From the IMG/VR virus record IMGVR_UViG_3300021142_000006: 13,427 bases of DNA; one strand, given 5' to 3'. The notes under the pieces were generated by a model. That model had not been told where the DNA came from, did not search any database, and saw only the letters and a program-made list of their open reading frames with translations. The position numbers and the translations under genes were made by a program. Shown piece after piece: positions 12,597-13,427 of this stretch. Each line of letters opens with the position of its first letter. Within the stretch, counting starts at the first letter, position 1. The stretch comes from a virus. Its lineage: Duplodnaviria > Heunggongvirae > Uroviricota > Caudoviricetes.

Positions 12597-13070
12597 ATGG
12601 GAACAAGATCTCTAACTAACATTATCCGAAAGTATACGGATAAAGATTCCAAAGTACGTACAAACAAAATTGCAACAATGTACCGTCAATTCGATGGGTA
12701 CCCTAAAGGCCACGGAACTGAGCTTGCTCGGTTCCTTGCCTCTGGCAAACTTGTTAACGGAATCGGTTTATCCAAAGATAACCTACAATTATTTAACGGC
12801 ATTGGATGCCTCGCCGCACAAATTGTCTCACACTTCAAAGGTGACACCCCTGGTGATATTTACCTCTACAAACCTGGTACCACAAATGTGTGGGAGGATT
12901 ACGCCTACGATGTTATTGTCGATGAAGGTACAAACTTCAACTATAACGAGCGATCATTAATCCTCAAATGTAAAAGTATTGGGTCTAAACGAAATAAAGT
13001 ACTATTCGAAGGTACCCCAAAAGAATTCCTTGAATGGGTTAAAAAACCTGAAATAGTAGAATCCCACTAA
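12597..13070 (+). CDS. conserved hypothetical phage protein (157 aa)
   Basis: MGTRSLT...YRQFDGYP..HG..L...FNG.GCLAAQ pattern typical of a widespread uncharacterised phage family. Confidence 0.85.
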   Translation: MGTRSLTNIIRKYTDKDSKVRTNKIATMYRQFDGYPKGHGTELARFLASGKLVNGIGLSKDNLQLFNGIGCLAAQIVSHFKGDTPGDIYLYKPGTTNVWEDYAYDVIVDEGTNFNYNERSLILKCKSIGSKRNKVLFEGTPKEFLEWVKKPEIVESH

Positions 13071-13109
13071 CATTACCCAGCCCCTATAAACATATTACTA
13101 TAAAACATA

Positions 13110-13141
13110 TTTGTATCATAATTTATTAACCTTTAAATTTG
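13110..13141 (+). promoter_or_regulatory. Bacteroidota-type promoter P19 (plus strand)
   Basis: TTTG-N20-TAAATTTG, 10 nt before ATG 13152. Confidence 0.6.
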
Positions 13142-13151
13142 TAAAATTAGA

Positions 13152-13259
13152 ATGGCAAAAAGAGTAGTTAAAATTAGTAAAAATTCCTATAAGGTAGTTA
13201 AGACAGGTAGCAAACAAAAAGCGCAACCAATAATAAAATCCCCCAAAAAAAGGAGATAA
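13152..13259 (+). CDS. 35-aa highly basic peptide (not in ORF track)
   Basis: MAKRVVKISKNSYKVVKTGSKQKAQPIIKSPKKRR; follows P19; 6 nt before the next ATG. Confidence 0.5.
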   Translation: MAKRVVKISKNSYKVVKTGSKQKAQPIIKSPKKRR

Positions 13260-13265
13260 ATTCAT

Positions 13266-13427
13266 ATGATGCAAAAAACCTTTAAAATCGATTCAGGTGC
13301 CATGGTGGTAAGTGACCCATGTTATACAATAGATCCACCAACCTGGTGCCAAGGGATAATCCCAAATGTAAAACCTGGTCTTTGGACAGCAGGGGTGGAC
13401 ATGAATGATAATGGACGTATAAAATCC
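13266..13427 (+). CDS. DUF4241-like protein, 5' part only (not in ORF track)
   Basis: MMQKTFKIDSGAMVVSDPCY...WCQGIIPNVKPG.W; the F...SG..VVSDPCY motif. Confidence 0.7.
   Translation, partial: MMQKTFKIDSGAMVVSDPCYTIDPPTWCQGIIPNVKPGLWTAGVDMNDNGRIKS

Noticed and set aside
1226-12960. Alternate-frame ORFs 1226..1432, 1996..2220, 3427..3657, 12275..12493, 12482..12667, 12670..12960
   Set aside because: Nested within or opposite stronger CDSs; no independent signals.

Overview
AT-rich, gene-dense accessory/early-type region, most likely from a large phage of a Bacteroidota host. This is inferred from the gene content, the Bacteroidota-type promoters and the Shine-Dalgarno-less A-rich leaders; no structural or replication genes are visible. 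About 30 short CDSs and one odd tRNA-like gene lie on the minus strand (1-12095). They are interrupted by an antisense RHH + HNH-endonuclease pair (3069-3868), and the region switches to plus-strand genes at ~12200. The dominant structure is a family of ~19 Bacteroidota sigma70-type promoters (TTTG-N19-21-TAnnTTTG plus an AAACAAAACAAC-type leader). Many sit inside 40-60 bp near-identical direct repeats that bracket single genes or short operons like cassettes. Recognisable products: SprT-like metalloprotease, GP88-like Cys-cluster protein, HNH endonuclease, two Zn-ribbon proteins, a candidate ADP-ribosyltransferase-fold protein, a four-gene DUF6745/DUF6878/DUF6915-like module, a signal-peptide Lys/Pro-rich peptide and a partial DUF4241-like gene. 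Four small genes carry apparent lesions (two 1-nt frameshifts, one in-frame TAA, one 10-bp duplication) that the ORF track misses. All family names come from motif recall, not from database searches.
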